Shown one piece after another: positions 56,083-64,000 of a stretch of DNA of 64,000 nucleotides. How positions within the stretch are numbered: position 1 is the first letter of the stretch; every line of letters begins with the position of its first letter. The notes under the pieces were generated by a model. That model made no database searches. It saw only the letters and a program-made list of their open reading frames with translations, and was not told the origin of the DNA. The stretch is from the NCBI GenBank assembly GCA_025062045.1, contig JANXAF010000009.1, forward strand, positions 426 through 64,425, read 5' to 3'. Both the position numbers and the translations under genes were made by a program. The DNA is from Thermodesulfobacteriota bacterium (GTDB taxonomy: Bacteria > Desulfobacterota > Syntrophorhabdia > Syntrophorhabdales > JANXAF01).

Positions 56083-57097
56083 GATCGAGGTAATAGTCGA
56101 GCGTTTTTTTTAAGGCTTCGTCCAAAGATACCTTTGGTTCCCAGCCGAGTATCCTTTTTGCCTTCTCTATGGATGGCACGCGGAAACTCATGTCCTGGTA
56201 ACCTTCTCCGTAAAAATCCTTTGAGCTTACCTCCACTATCTCTGGTACTTTATCCGGTTTTTTGTTGTTAGGATGATTTATAAAAATTTCTCTCAGTTTA
56301 TATGCGAGCTCCCGGATTGTTATGTCGTTATTTGGATTTCCGATGTTGAATATTTCCCCATCGCATCTATTGTCCTCATTTTCGATGATCTTCAAAAGGC
56401 AATCGAGACCGTCATCTACGTAGGTGAAACATCTTCTCTGCCAACCCCCGTCAACGAGTTTTATCGATTCACCTAAAAGTAGATTACTTATGAACTGCGT
56501 GACAACCCTCGAACTACCTTCCTTTTCGGGCTCCAGTGTGAGCTCATCGAGTTTGGGGCCAATCCAGTTAAAAGGTCTAAATAGCGTAAATTTCAAGCCC
56601 TTCTGATAGCCATACGCCCATATCACCCTGTCCAAAAGCTGTTTTGAGGCACTATAGATCCATCTCTGATTCCTTATTGGACCTAAAACGAGAAGGCTTC
56701 TATCCTCGTCAAATTCTTTGTCGGAACACATACCGTATACCTCGGAACTTGACGGAAAAACGAGTCTCTTTCCGTATTTGACACAGAGTCTCACGATGTA
56801 AAGATTGGCTTCAAAGTCGATCTCAAAAACCCGTAGTGGGTCCTTGATGTAGAGGGCTGGCGTTGCTATTGCCACAAGGGGGATTATGACATCGCACTTT
56901 TTTACGTGGTACTCTATCCATTCCTTGTTTATAGTTACATCACCTTCTACAAAATGGAATCTCTCGTGTCCTAATAGATCGCGGATTTTGTCATCCCTTA
57001 TATCCATTCCATACACATGCCAATCCCTATCTTTTAGGATTCGCTCCGTTAAATTACTCCCTATAAATCCGTTCACACCTAGGATGAGAAGTTTCAA
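56054..57097 (-). CDS. arnA: UDP-glucuronate oxidative decarboxylase, equivalent to the ArnA C-terminal dehydrogenase domain
   Basis: [64 protein letters not shown] and [19 protein letters not shown] are near-colinear with E. coli ArnA residues ~315-660. Confidence 0.88.
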   Translation of the reverse strand: MKLLILGVNGFIGSNLTERILKDRDWHVYGMDIRDDKIRDLLGHERFHFVEGDVTINKEWIEYHVKKCDVIIPLVAIATPALYIKDPLRVFEIDFEANLYIVRLCVKYGKRLVFPSSSEVYGMCSDKEFDEDRSLLVLGPIRNQRWIYSASKQLLDRVIWAYGYQKGLKFTLFRPFNWIGPKLDELTLEPEKEGSSRVVTQFISNLLLGESIKLVDGGWQRRCFTYVDDGLDCLLKIIENEDNRCDGEIFNIGNPNNDITIRELAYKLREIFINHPNNKKPDKVPEIVEVSSKDFYGEGYQDMSFRVPSIEKAKRILGWEPKVSLDEALKKTLDYYLDLVGASKNGS

Positions 57098-58014
57098 GTT
57101 ATACCTCCAAGGACTTTACCTTTCATATTGTAAATTCTCGCGAAATCAGAACCTTCCATCTCCTCTTCCTTTTCCAGCTGGACCCTGTCTAGCCTTAAGA
57201 AACCCCTTCCGGTTGCCACAAAAAAAGGGGTTTCGGAAACTACAGTTCCTGGTTTAAACGAGTGTTCTTCATCCTTTGGATAGGCTTTCCAGATGTAAAG
57301 CTTTCTTCCTCCAAAAAAAGTAAATGCTCCAGGGTACGGATGGGTTACTGCTCTTACAAGATTATATAGGCTTATTGCGTCTTTTTCCCACAAAATCAAC
57401 CCATCTTCAGGTTTTCGCTTGGAAAAATAGGATGACGGACCACTTTGGGGGACCGAAACTATTTTTTTTAATTTTAGATCGGGTAAAACTTCCCTCATCA
57501 ACGATCTTGCGGCTTCGACTAATTTTTGATTAAGTGTGGAAATGTCGTCTTCAAATTCTATAATCACCCTCTTTTGAGCAACGATTGGACCTGTGTCAGG
57601 TTTCTCTTCCATAATATGTAGGGTTACCCCTGTTTCCGTTTCTCCATTTATGAGGACCCAATTGGCAGGTTGCCTCCCTCTATACTTTGGAAGCAGTGAA
57701 CCATGAAGGTTAAGGGGTGCCACTTTCGGTATGGAAAGGTACTCTTTTGGAATTATGTACCTGTAGTAAAAGGAGAATATGTAGTCCGGATTCTCCTTTC
57801 TCACAATGCTAAGCCACTTTTCGTCTTTTAAGGAAGTGGGGACAACATACGGAATCTTATACTTCTCTGCAAGGATGCGTGGTGGTCTAAACCATATGTT
57901 CTCGGAAGGATCGTCTTCATGCGTAAAAAGCAGTGGGATCTCAACACCTGCGTTTAGAAGCTCCTCCATGCATACATATCCGATCTCGTGGTACGCAAAT
58001 ACTACGGCTTTCAT
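57094..58014 (-). CDS. arnA: Formyltransferase, equivalent to the ArnA N-terminal UDP-Ara4N formyltransferase domain
   Basis: [36 protein letters not shown] and [19 protein letters not shown] match the ArnA/Fmt formyltransferase fold. A separate ORF overlapping both neighbours by 4 nt. Confidence 0.85.
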   Translation of the reverse strand: MKAVVFAYHEIGYVCMEELLNAGVEIPLLFTHEDDPSENIWFRPPRILAEKYKIPYVVPTSLKDEKWLSIVRKENPDYIFSFYYRYIIPKEYLSIPKVAPLNLHGSLLPKYRGRQPANWVLINGETETGVTLHIMEEKPDTGPIVAQKRVIIEFEDDISTLNQKLVEAARSLMREVLPDLKLKKIVSVPQSGPSSYFSKRKPEDGLILWEKDAISLYNLVRAVTHPYPGAFTFFGGRKLYIWKAYPKDEEHSFKPGTVVSETPFFVATGRGFLRLDRVQLEKEEEMEGSDFARIYNMKGKVLGGIT

Positions 58015-58958
58015 AAGAGTTCCTTTTTTACTATGTATCTCGGTCTTTTTCTAACTTCCATGTAGATCCTGCCTATGTATTCCCCTATGACTCCGAGAGC
58101 TAGAATCTGGACACCGATGAAGAAAAAGAGAATGGCAAAAAGGGTGAATATCCCCTCAACTTCCGGACCTACGATGAGCCTTCTTATGAAGAGAAAGATG
58201 GCAAATAAGAGGCCAATGGCAGCAATTGCCACCCCCATTACTCCTATAAACTGGATTGGAAACATGGAGAAGTTTGTCATGATGTCGAAATTTAGCCTAA
58301 GAAGCTTAAACAAACTGTATTTAGTCTTTCCCCTTTTTCTTTCGTGGTGCTCAACCTCTATCTCCGCAATTTTTTTTGCAAAAGTGTTCGCCAAAACTGG
58401 CACAAATGTCGATGCTTGAGAGGACATGTTTACGTATTCGACAATGTTCCTTCTATAAGCCCTAAGCATGCAACCGTAATCCCTAAGTTTTACCCCTGTA
58501 AGATAAGAAGTGATGACGCTTGCAAAATACGATGGGATTTTACGAAAGATTGAATCTTTTCTGTCTTTTCTGTACGTCGCAACTATCTCATAACCTTCCT
58601 CCATCTTTTGTACAAGTTTTTTTATCTCCTCCGGAGGATTCTGAAGGTCGGCATCGATAGTGATAACGATATCTCCTTTAGCCGCTTCAAAACCCTTCAT
58701 TATTGCTAAATGCTGACCACAGTTTGTCAAAAACTCGATCACTTTCACGTTGGGATATCTTTTGTGGAAACTCTCGAGTATTTCTTGGGTCCTATCCGTA
58801 CTTCCGTCGTTCACATATAATATCTCGAAAGGTTTTCCCACTTGAGAAAGACTTCTCATCAATCTTTCCTGAAGCTCAGGAAGGTTTTCTTCCTCGTTGA
58901 AGACAGGAACAATGACAGAAATGTACGGTTTCTCGTTCACGCTTGAAGTTCCTTCCAT
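58011..58958 (-). CDS. arnC: Undecaprenyl-phosphate 4-deoxy-4-formamido-L-arabinose transferase-like GT2 glycosyltransferase
   Basis: ISVIVPVFNEEENLPEL, DADLQNPPEEI, DYGCMLRAYRR, STFVPVLAN and GEYIGRIYMEVRKRPRY are colinear with E. coli ArnC. Confidence 0.88.
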   Translation of the reverse strand: MEGTSSVNEKPYISVIVPVFNEEENLPELQERLMRSLSQVGKPFEILYVNDGSTDRTQEILESFHKRYPNVKVIEFLTNCGQHLAIMKGFEAAKGDIVITIDADLQNPPEEIKKLVQKMEEGYEIVATYRKDRKDSIFRKIPSYFASVITSYLTGVKLRDYGCMLRAYRRNIVEYVNMSSQASTFVPVLANTFAKKIAEIEVEHHERKRGKTKYSLFKLLRLNFDIMTNFSMFPIQFIGVMGVAIAAIGLLFAIFLFIRRLIVGPEVEGIFTLFAILFFFIGVQILALGVIGEYIGRIYMEVRKRPRYIVKKELL

Positions 58959-59112
58959 GTCGTATAGTCAATAACAAATCGGCTTTTTTTTCAACATATT
59001 TGAATAACGACTTCAAAAGAATCAATGTATGGGTCGGTTTTGTGGCAATATAGGTTATTTTCAGTCCCAGCGATTTTTATTTTTTACATTCATGTTATAC
59101 TTTAATTTCGCT

Positions 59113-60162
59113 ATGACAACAAGTGCGCGTCCGAAAGCCTTAGCACTGTACTCCGGTGGCCTCGATAGTACGCTTGCGATCCTGATCCTTCTCGAGCAAA
59201 AAATAGAAGTTGAGGCTTTGTCATTTGTACACGATTTTGGTTGTGGAAAAAATCGCGAGCACATTCTAGAGACCGCAAAAAGGTTCGGTTTTTCGGTTAA
59301 CTTTATCACCCTCGAAGAAGAATTCATAAATATGGTTAAAAATCCAAAGCACGGCTACGGAAAAAACATGAACCCGTGTATAGACTGTAGGATACTCATG
59401 CTCAAAAAAGCAAAAGAATATGCCCGTGAAAGTGGGGCCTCTTTTTTTGTTACCGGGGAGGTCTTAAACCAGAGACCTCTAAGTCAGAAAAGGAATGTTT
59501 TAAAGCTTATCGACAGAGAAGCGGGTTTAGAGGGCTATGTTCTTAGACCCCTTTCCGCACTGAATCTTGAGCCGACTATCCCCGAAAAGGAAGGCCTTGT
59601 AAAAAGGGAGCTCCTTTTTGGTTTTGAGGGTCGCTCAAGGAAACCGCAAATCGCTTTAGCAAAGAAATTTGGTCTTATAGACTATCCACAGCCCGCAGGC
59701 GGTTGTCTACTTACAGATCCCATCTATTCACTACGTTTTAAAGAACTCCTAAAGATGAATCCCAATCCTTCGCCAAGAGATATCAAGCTTTTGGGAATCG
59801 GAAGGCATTTCCGACTGAGTCAATCCTGTAAAGTGATAGTGGGAAGAAATAGGAAGGAAAACGAAATCTTGGAGAGAATCGCAAACGAAGGAGACTTTAT
59901 CCTTAAAGCTTCTGACTACCCAGGTCCCACTCTTCTTATTGCTGGTACTTCTGGGGAAGCTGAATGGAGGCTTGCAGCTTCAATCTGTGCAAGATATTCG
60001 GACGGAAAAAATAGGGGTCCAGTAAAAGTAACCATCTACAGACCTAAATCAGGGGAAGAAATCTCAAAGACACCAGTGGCAGAATACACGATAGAAACGA
60101 TTGATTACGACACCATTGAAAAGCTCCTCATAGCTCCACTTCCTTATCAAAAATCACTGTAA
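59113..60162 (+). CDS. PP-loop ATPase (adenine nucleotide alpha-hydrolase superfamily), ThiI/MnmA-like putative sulfurtransferase without a THUMP domain
   Basis: ALALYSGGLDSTLA PP-loop, CIDCR, FVTGEVLNQRP, LRPLS and PAGGCLLTD. I prefer the ATG at 59113 (MTTSARPK) over the longest ORF start at 59029, which adds a Phe-rich, non-conserved-looking leader. Confidence 0.6.
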   Translation: MTTSARPKALALYSGGLDSTLAILILLEQKIEVEALSFVHDFGCGKNREHILETAKRFGFSVNFITLEEEFINMVKNPKHGYGKNMNPCIDCRILMLKKAKEYARESGASFFVTGEVLNQRPLSQKRNVLKLIDREAGLEGYVLRPLSALNLEPTIPEKEGLVKRELLFGFEGRSRKPQIALAKKFGLIDYPQPAGGCLLTDPIYSLRFKELLKMNPNPSPRDIKLLGIGRHFRLSQSCKVIVGRNRKENEILERIANEGDFILKASDYPGPTLLIAGTSGEAEWRLAASICARYSDGKNRGPVKVTIYRPKSGEEISKTPVAEYTIETIDYDTIEKLLIAPLPYQKSL

Positions 60163-60779
60163 TTGACACCTAAATGGTCTAGGTGGGAAGTGTTGTTAAG
60201 AAGCGTAGTTACAAAACTAGAACCATCGTATTCAAAAATGCTTACTGATGCTGGATCAAATTTTATGCGCCAGAAACCGCTGTTTGGGAGCCCAAGGAAT
60301 ATCAAAGAGATGACCTTGCATATGACTCTGTGGGTCACAAGCACAACATTTTTTCCATGACCGTTTTCCTTTAATATTTTTTCGACCGCCTTCGACACTC
60401 TTCTTCTTACCTTTTTTAAGTTTTCAGCGCCATCCATTCTCCATTTCTCCGGACATCTTTTCCATATTTCGAACTCCAAAGGATAGGCTGTTTTTACCTC
60501 ATTGAGGGATAAGCCTTCCCAAATTCCAAAGCTCATATCCGTCAATTCATCTAGCAAATAAAGAGGGATCGAGTTTATCTCCGCAATGATCGATGCTGTC
60601 TGTCTCGCCCTTTGTAGTGGACTTGAGTAAACTTTCTCCGGGCTAAATTTTACGAGATAAGACCCTGTCTTTTTTGCCTGGTCTAGGCCTTTGTCGTTGA
60701 GGGGAACATCTACCTTTCCCCTAAAGACTTCTTCTTTATTCCACTCCGTTTCGCCGTGTCTTACGAGGAAGATTTTCAA
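60147..60779 (-). CDS. Histidine phosphatase family protein (phosphoglycerate mutase / alpha-ribazole phosphatase-like)
   Basis: MKIFLVRHGETEWN catalytic RHG motif and a later VTHRV histidine. 210 aa. Confidence 0.85.
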   Translation of the reverse strand: MKIFLVRHGETEWNKEEVFRGKVDVPLNDKGLDQAKKTGSYLVKFSPEKVYSSPLQRARQTASIIAEINSIPLYLLDELTDMSFGIWEGLSLNEVKTAYPLEFEIWKRCPEKWRMDGAENLKKVRRRVSKAVEKILKENGHGKNVVLVTHRVICKVISLIFLGLPNSGFWRIKFDPASVSIFEYDGSSFVTTLLNNTSHLDHLGVNYSDF

Positions 60780-60803
60780 CCTAGACTCTCCATCTTTTGA
60801 CTT

Positions 60804-63542
60804 CTAAGTCGTTCTTGCGTAATACCGCATCTTCCTCCTTATGATGATTTTAACAACTTCCATCGACAGAAATACTAGAAATCCAAAACTCAAAATGAGC
60901 TTCATATCGTCCATAGTTGGCATTAGTATACCAAAGGCATCACGCACAGACGGGATATGCACAAGGGTCGTAATAAGGATTATCTCCCACACTATGGCCA
61001 AAATGAGCCACTTGTGGGGAGGTGCTTTAAAGATACTAAATCTCATGGATCTGAAATTGAGGGCAATTATTATTTCTATGACGATGAAGAGAAAGAATAT
61101 CTCGGTCCTTGCGTGCGCAATATCGCCTAGTTCATGAAAGTAAAGAAAGTAGAAGAATGGAATCTCAATAAGGAGCGCAAGGAGAATAAATGCCTTCACA
61201 TCCCACGAAAAGACACTTTCCTTTGGATCCCTGGGAGGTCTTTTCATCACATCCGGTTCGGGTGGAGCAACTCCGAGTGCTAAAGCAGGCAGTCCGTCTG
61301 TAGCCAAATTTATATAAAGGATAGCCGCAGGAAGTAGTGGTAGGTATTCGGGTCCCATAATTAGCACGGTTCCCGCTATTACTGCCACTTCCGTTATGTT
61401 GCACCTTAAAAGATAGGTAAGGTACTTTTTGATGTTGTCGTAAATCCACCGGCCGAGTTCAATTGCTTTTACTATGGAAGCGAAATTATCGTCAGTAAGA
61501 ACCATATCGGAAGCTTCTTTAGCTACCTCTGTCCCAGTGATCCCCATGGCTATCCCGATATCTGCGTGCTTTAGGGCCGGTGCGTCATTTACACCATCTC
61601 CTGTCATGGCAACTATCTCTCCTCTTTTCTTCCAAGCTTTTACGATCTTCAATTTGTCTACAGGAGAGACTCTCGCGTAAACGGTAACCTTGTCCACTAT
61701 CTTTTCAAGTTCTTCTTCAGAGATCTTTTCCAGTTCTTCACCCGTAAGGACTATGTCTCCCTCCTTATAGATTCCAATCTCTTTGGCAATTGCTAGTGCA
61801 GTGAGCTTGTGATCACCGGTTATCATTATCGGTTTTATTCCAACTTGCTGGCATATCTTTGTGGCTTCAATGGCTTCTTCCCTCGGGGGGTCGATCATCC
61901 CAACAAGACCAAGAAATACCATGTCCTTCTCTACGGTTTCCTCGTCGGTATTCGTATCTTCGCCAAGGTCCCTATAAGCCACACCGAGCACCCTTAGTGC
62001 CTCTTTTGCCATATCCTCATTGACAGACAAAATTTTTTTCCTTTGAGCATCATCAAGTTTTGAAAGTTCGCCATCTATTAATACGGACGTACATCTCTCA
62101 AGTACAACCTCAGGAGCACCTTTCATGTAGGCGGCCCGGTTTCTCCCATCCAGAAGATGAATCGTTGTCATTCTTTTTCTTTCAGAACTAAACGGAATCT
62201 CTCCGACCCTTGGTCTTTTCGCCCTATTCTCCTTAAAGTTCACTCCCCCTTTTGCTGCCACAACAAGTAAGGCAGCTTCAGTTGGGTCACCTTTTATTGC
62301 CCATTTGCCTTCAGCTTCGTAAAGGTCAGCATCATTACACAATGTTATGGCATGAAGAAGAAGCTCCAAGGATTTGTCGTTCGGGGGATCCGTTTCATCC
62401 TTTACTTTCAAATCTCCGTAAGGAGCATACCCGCTCCCTGTAACTTCAATAGTTTTTCCAGAAGAGTAGATCTTTCTTACCGTCATCTCGCCCTTTGTTA
62501 GGGTACCAGTCTTATCCGAGCATATAACAGTTGTACAGCCAAGGGTCTCTACAGCTGGCATCTTTCGTACAAGGGCATTCCTTTTTGCCATCTGACGCAT
62601 TCCTATGGCCAGCGCTCCCGTAACGATTGCCGGAAGTGACTCAGGAACAGCCGCAACAGCTAGAGATATAACGAACATCAATATCGTGATTATAGAGGGA
62701 ACATCTATTTTTCCACTTGTCACCAACTCCCTAATTACGCTCACACCACCCACAATGAAACATATTGAAAGTGCTATTATCCCGAACCATTTTCCAATCT
62801 CCTCGGTCCTCCTCTCAAGTGGGGTCTTTTCCGATCTTATTCCAGTAAGTTCCGCCGCTATTTTTCCAAACTCAGTCTTCATACCTGTTGATGTTACGAT
62901 GACTTTACCTCTGCCGTAGGTGACGGTAGTTCCTGCAAAGACCATGTTTTTTCTATCGCCCACCGCTAGCTCTTCTGGTAATGCGTGGGTCTCTTTACCT
63001 ACCGGGAAAGATTCTCCGGTAAGCGGAGCTTCATCACATCTCAAAGAGTAACTTTCAATTACTCTTCCGTCCGCCGGAACTTTATCGCCTGCCTCAAGCA
63101 GAAGAATATCTCCTGGTACGACTTCGCGTGAGGGGACTTCTTTTTCAGTTCCTTCCCTCAGAACCGTAATAGTCGGAGAAAGCATCTTTTTTAGTGCCTC
63201 AAGAGCCTTTTCGGCCCTGTACTCCTGGAAAAAACCAAGAAGCGCACAGAAAAAGACGATAACCGCAATTATTCCCGCGTCTACGAATTCTCCGACAAGC
63301 GCCGAAAGTCCTATAGCCACAAGAAGGATGATTATGAGAATGTTTTTAAACTGACGCACAAAGATGTCAAAAGGGGAGATTTTTTCTTCCCTTTTTAGCT
63401 CATTGTATCCATACTGCTCAAGCCTGGTTTTGGCTTCACTCTCTGATAAACCTTGGAGGGGGTCAGTTTTTAGTTTCTTTATGACATCAGATACTTCCAT
63501 CGCATGCCATGCTTCTGCCATATCTGACCTCCTTTTTATCAC
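60804..63542 (-). CDS. P-type (type II, Ca2+/cation-transporting) ATPase
   Basis: N-terminal Cation_ATPase_N pattern ([19 protein letters not shown]), [13 protein letters not shown], phosphorylation site CSDKTGTLT, and [13 protein letters not shown]. 912 aa. Confidence 0.92.
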   Translation of the reverse strand: MIKRRSDMAEAWHAMEVSDVIKKLKTDPLQGLSESEAKTRLEQYGYNELKREEKISPFDIFVRQFKNILIIILLVAIGLSALVGEFVDAGIIAVIVFFCALLGFFQEYRAEKALEALKKMLSPTITVLREGTEKEVPSREVVPGDILLLEAGDKVPADGRVIESYSLRCDEAPLTGESFPVGKETHALPEELAVGDRKNMVFAGTTVTYGRGKVIVTSTGMKTEFGKIAAELTGIRSEKTPLERRTEEIGKWFGIIALSICFIVGGVSVIRELVTSGKIDVPSIITILMFVISLAVAAVPESLPAIVTGALAIGMRQMAKRNALVRKMPAVETLGCTTVICSDKTGTLTKGEMTVRKIYSSGKTIEVTGSGYAPYGDLKVKDETDPPNDKSLELLLHAITLCNDADLYEAEGKWAIKGDPTEAALLVVAAKGGVNFKENRAKRPRVGEIPFSSERKRMTTIHLLDGRNRAAYMKGAPEVVLERCTSVLIDGELSKLDDAQRKKILSVNEDMAKEALRVLGVAYRDLGEDTNTDEETVEKDMVFLGLVGMIDPPREEAIEATKICQQVGIKPIMITGDHKLTALAIAKEIGIYKEGDIVLTGEELEKISEEELEKIVDKVTVYARVSPVDKLKIVKAWKKRGEIVAMTGDGVNDAPALKHADIGIAMGITGTEVAKEASDMVLTDDNFASIVKAIELGRWIYDNIKKYLTYLLRCNITEVAVIAGTVLIMGPEYLPLLPAAILYINLATDGLPALALGVAPPEPDVMKRPPRDPKESVFSWDVKAFILLALLIEIPFFYFLYFHELGDIAHARTEIFFLFIVIEIIIALNFRSMRFSIFKAPPHKWLILAIVWEIILITTLVHIPSVRDAFGILMPTMDDMKLILSFGFLVFLSMEVVKIIIRRKMRYYARTT

Positions 63543-64000
63543 TTAAGCAACGTCAAAAATGCTCCTGCTGCAACAGCTGTTCCTATGACACCTGCCACAT
63601 TGGGACCCATGGCGTGCATAAGGAGGAAGTTTTTCGGATCAGCCTCCTGTCCAACCTTCTGCGAAACACGGGCTGCCATGGGAACAGCAGAAACCCCTGC
63701 AGAACCGATTAATGGGTTTATCTTCTCTTTAAGGAAGAGGTTCATGAGTTTTGCAAGGAGTACACCACCTGCTGTTGAGAATGCGAATGCTACAAGACCT
63801 AAAAAGAATATAAAAAGGGGTTTTGGGTTTAGAAAAACCTCCGCCTTCATAGTGGAGCCTATGGATATGCCAAGGAATATGGTGACTATGTTTAGTAACT
63901 CATTCTGGGATGCTTTAAGGAGCCTTTCGACTACTCTACATTCCCTGAAAAGGTTACCTATCATGAACATGCCCATAAGGGGGGCAGCAGGAGGGGTAAG
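63539..64000 (-). CDS. Sodium-translocating decarboxylase beta subunit (OadB/GcdB/MmdB family), C-terminal part (5' end outside the window)
   Basis: [48 protein letters not shown] is the conserved C-terminal region of the beta subunits. The frame is open to the window end, and the stop overlaps the ATPase start (4 nt). Confidence 0.85.
   Translation of the reverse strand, partial: LTPPAAPLMGMFMIGNLFRECRVVERLLKASQNELLNIVTIFLGISIGSTMKAEVFLNPKPLFIFFLGLVAFAFSTAGGVLLAKLMNLFLKEKINPLIGSAGVSAVPMAARVSQKVGQEADPKNFLLMHAMGPNVAGVIGTAVAAGAFLTLLK

Noticed and set aside
1-64000. Searched by eye for CRISPR arrays, IS elements, transposases, integrases, prophage genes, rRNA and long direct or inverted repeats
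   Set aside because: None were found. Apart from the left-edge methyltransferase, every ORF over 60 aa that I accept is a housekeeping, envelope or transport gene, and the non-coding spacers are too short for arrays. Short dispersed repeats cannot be excluded without a computational self-alignment.

Overview
The window is a compact, mostly housekeeping stretch of a bacterial chromosome. Its proteins are Lys/Glu/Ile-rich, which suggests a thermophilic anaerobe, but no organism can be named from sequence alone. I can support about 65 protein-coding genes, two tRNAs (Arg-CCT and Gln-TTG), a few promoter, operator and leader candidates, and weak terminator hairpins. I saw no rRNA, CRISPR array, transposase or integrase.

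Recognisable blocks:
- A 5'-truncated, GC-rich restriction-modification/PglX-type methyltransferase, followed by an AT-rich spacer and tRNA-Arg.
- Purine genes: an IMP-cyclohydrolase-only purH, then purD.
- A methylmalonyl-CoA epimerase, saccharopine-dehydrogenase and aminotransferase module behind a promoter and perfect palindrome.
- A pilMNOPQ operon flanked by a GalT-like gene and an unknown secreted protein.
- tilS, ftsH, comEC, cobA-hemD and a ThiF-family gene.
- An 11-gene Mrp/Mbh-type cation/proton antiporter operon with three antiporter-like subunits and a split MrpA.
- A DUF39 homocysteine-biosynthesis gene, htpX, rsmB, a PASTA-only protein and rpe.
- The conserved ispE, tRNA-Gln, prs, ctc, pth, ychF block.
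- rng plus a fused B12-radical-SAM/DUF2344 gene, then manB.
- lgt joined to an arn-like (L-Ara4N) cluster with a split ArnA.
- A P-type ATPase coupled to a partial oadB.

No single feature is demonstrably a new system from sequence alone. The best leads are:
- the foreign defence-type gene at the left edge;
- the unusual Mrp operon;
- the incomplete arn-like operon extended with unknown genes;
- a structured leader upstream of manB;
- the kinase-less PASTA gene;
- the unknown gene coupled to pilQ;
- an rsmB gene with no usable canonical start codon.

All functional calls come from reading motifs by eye. No database search was possible.
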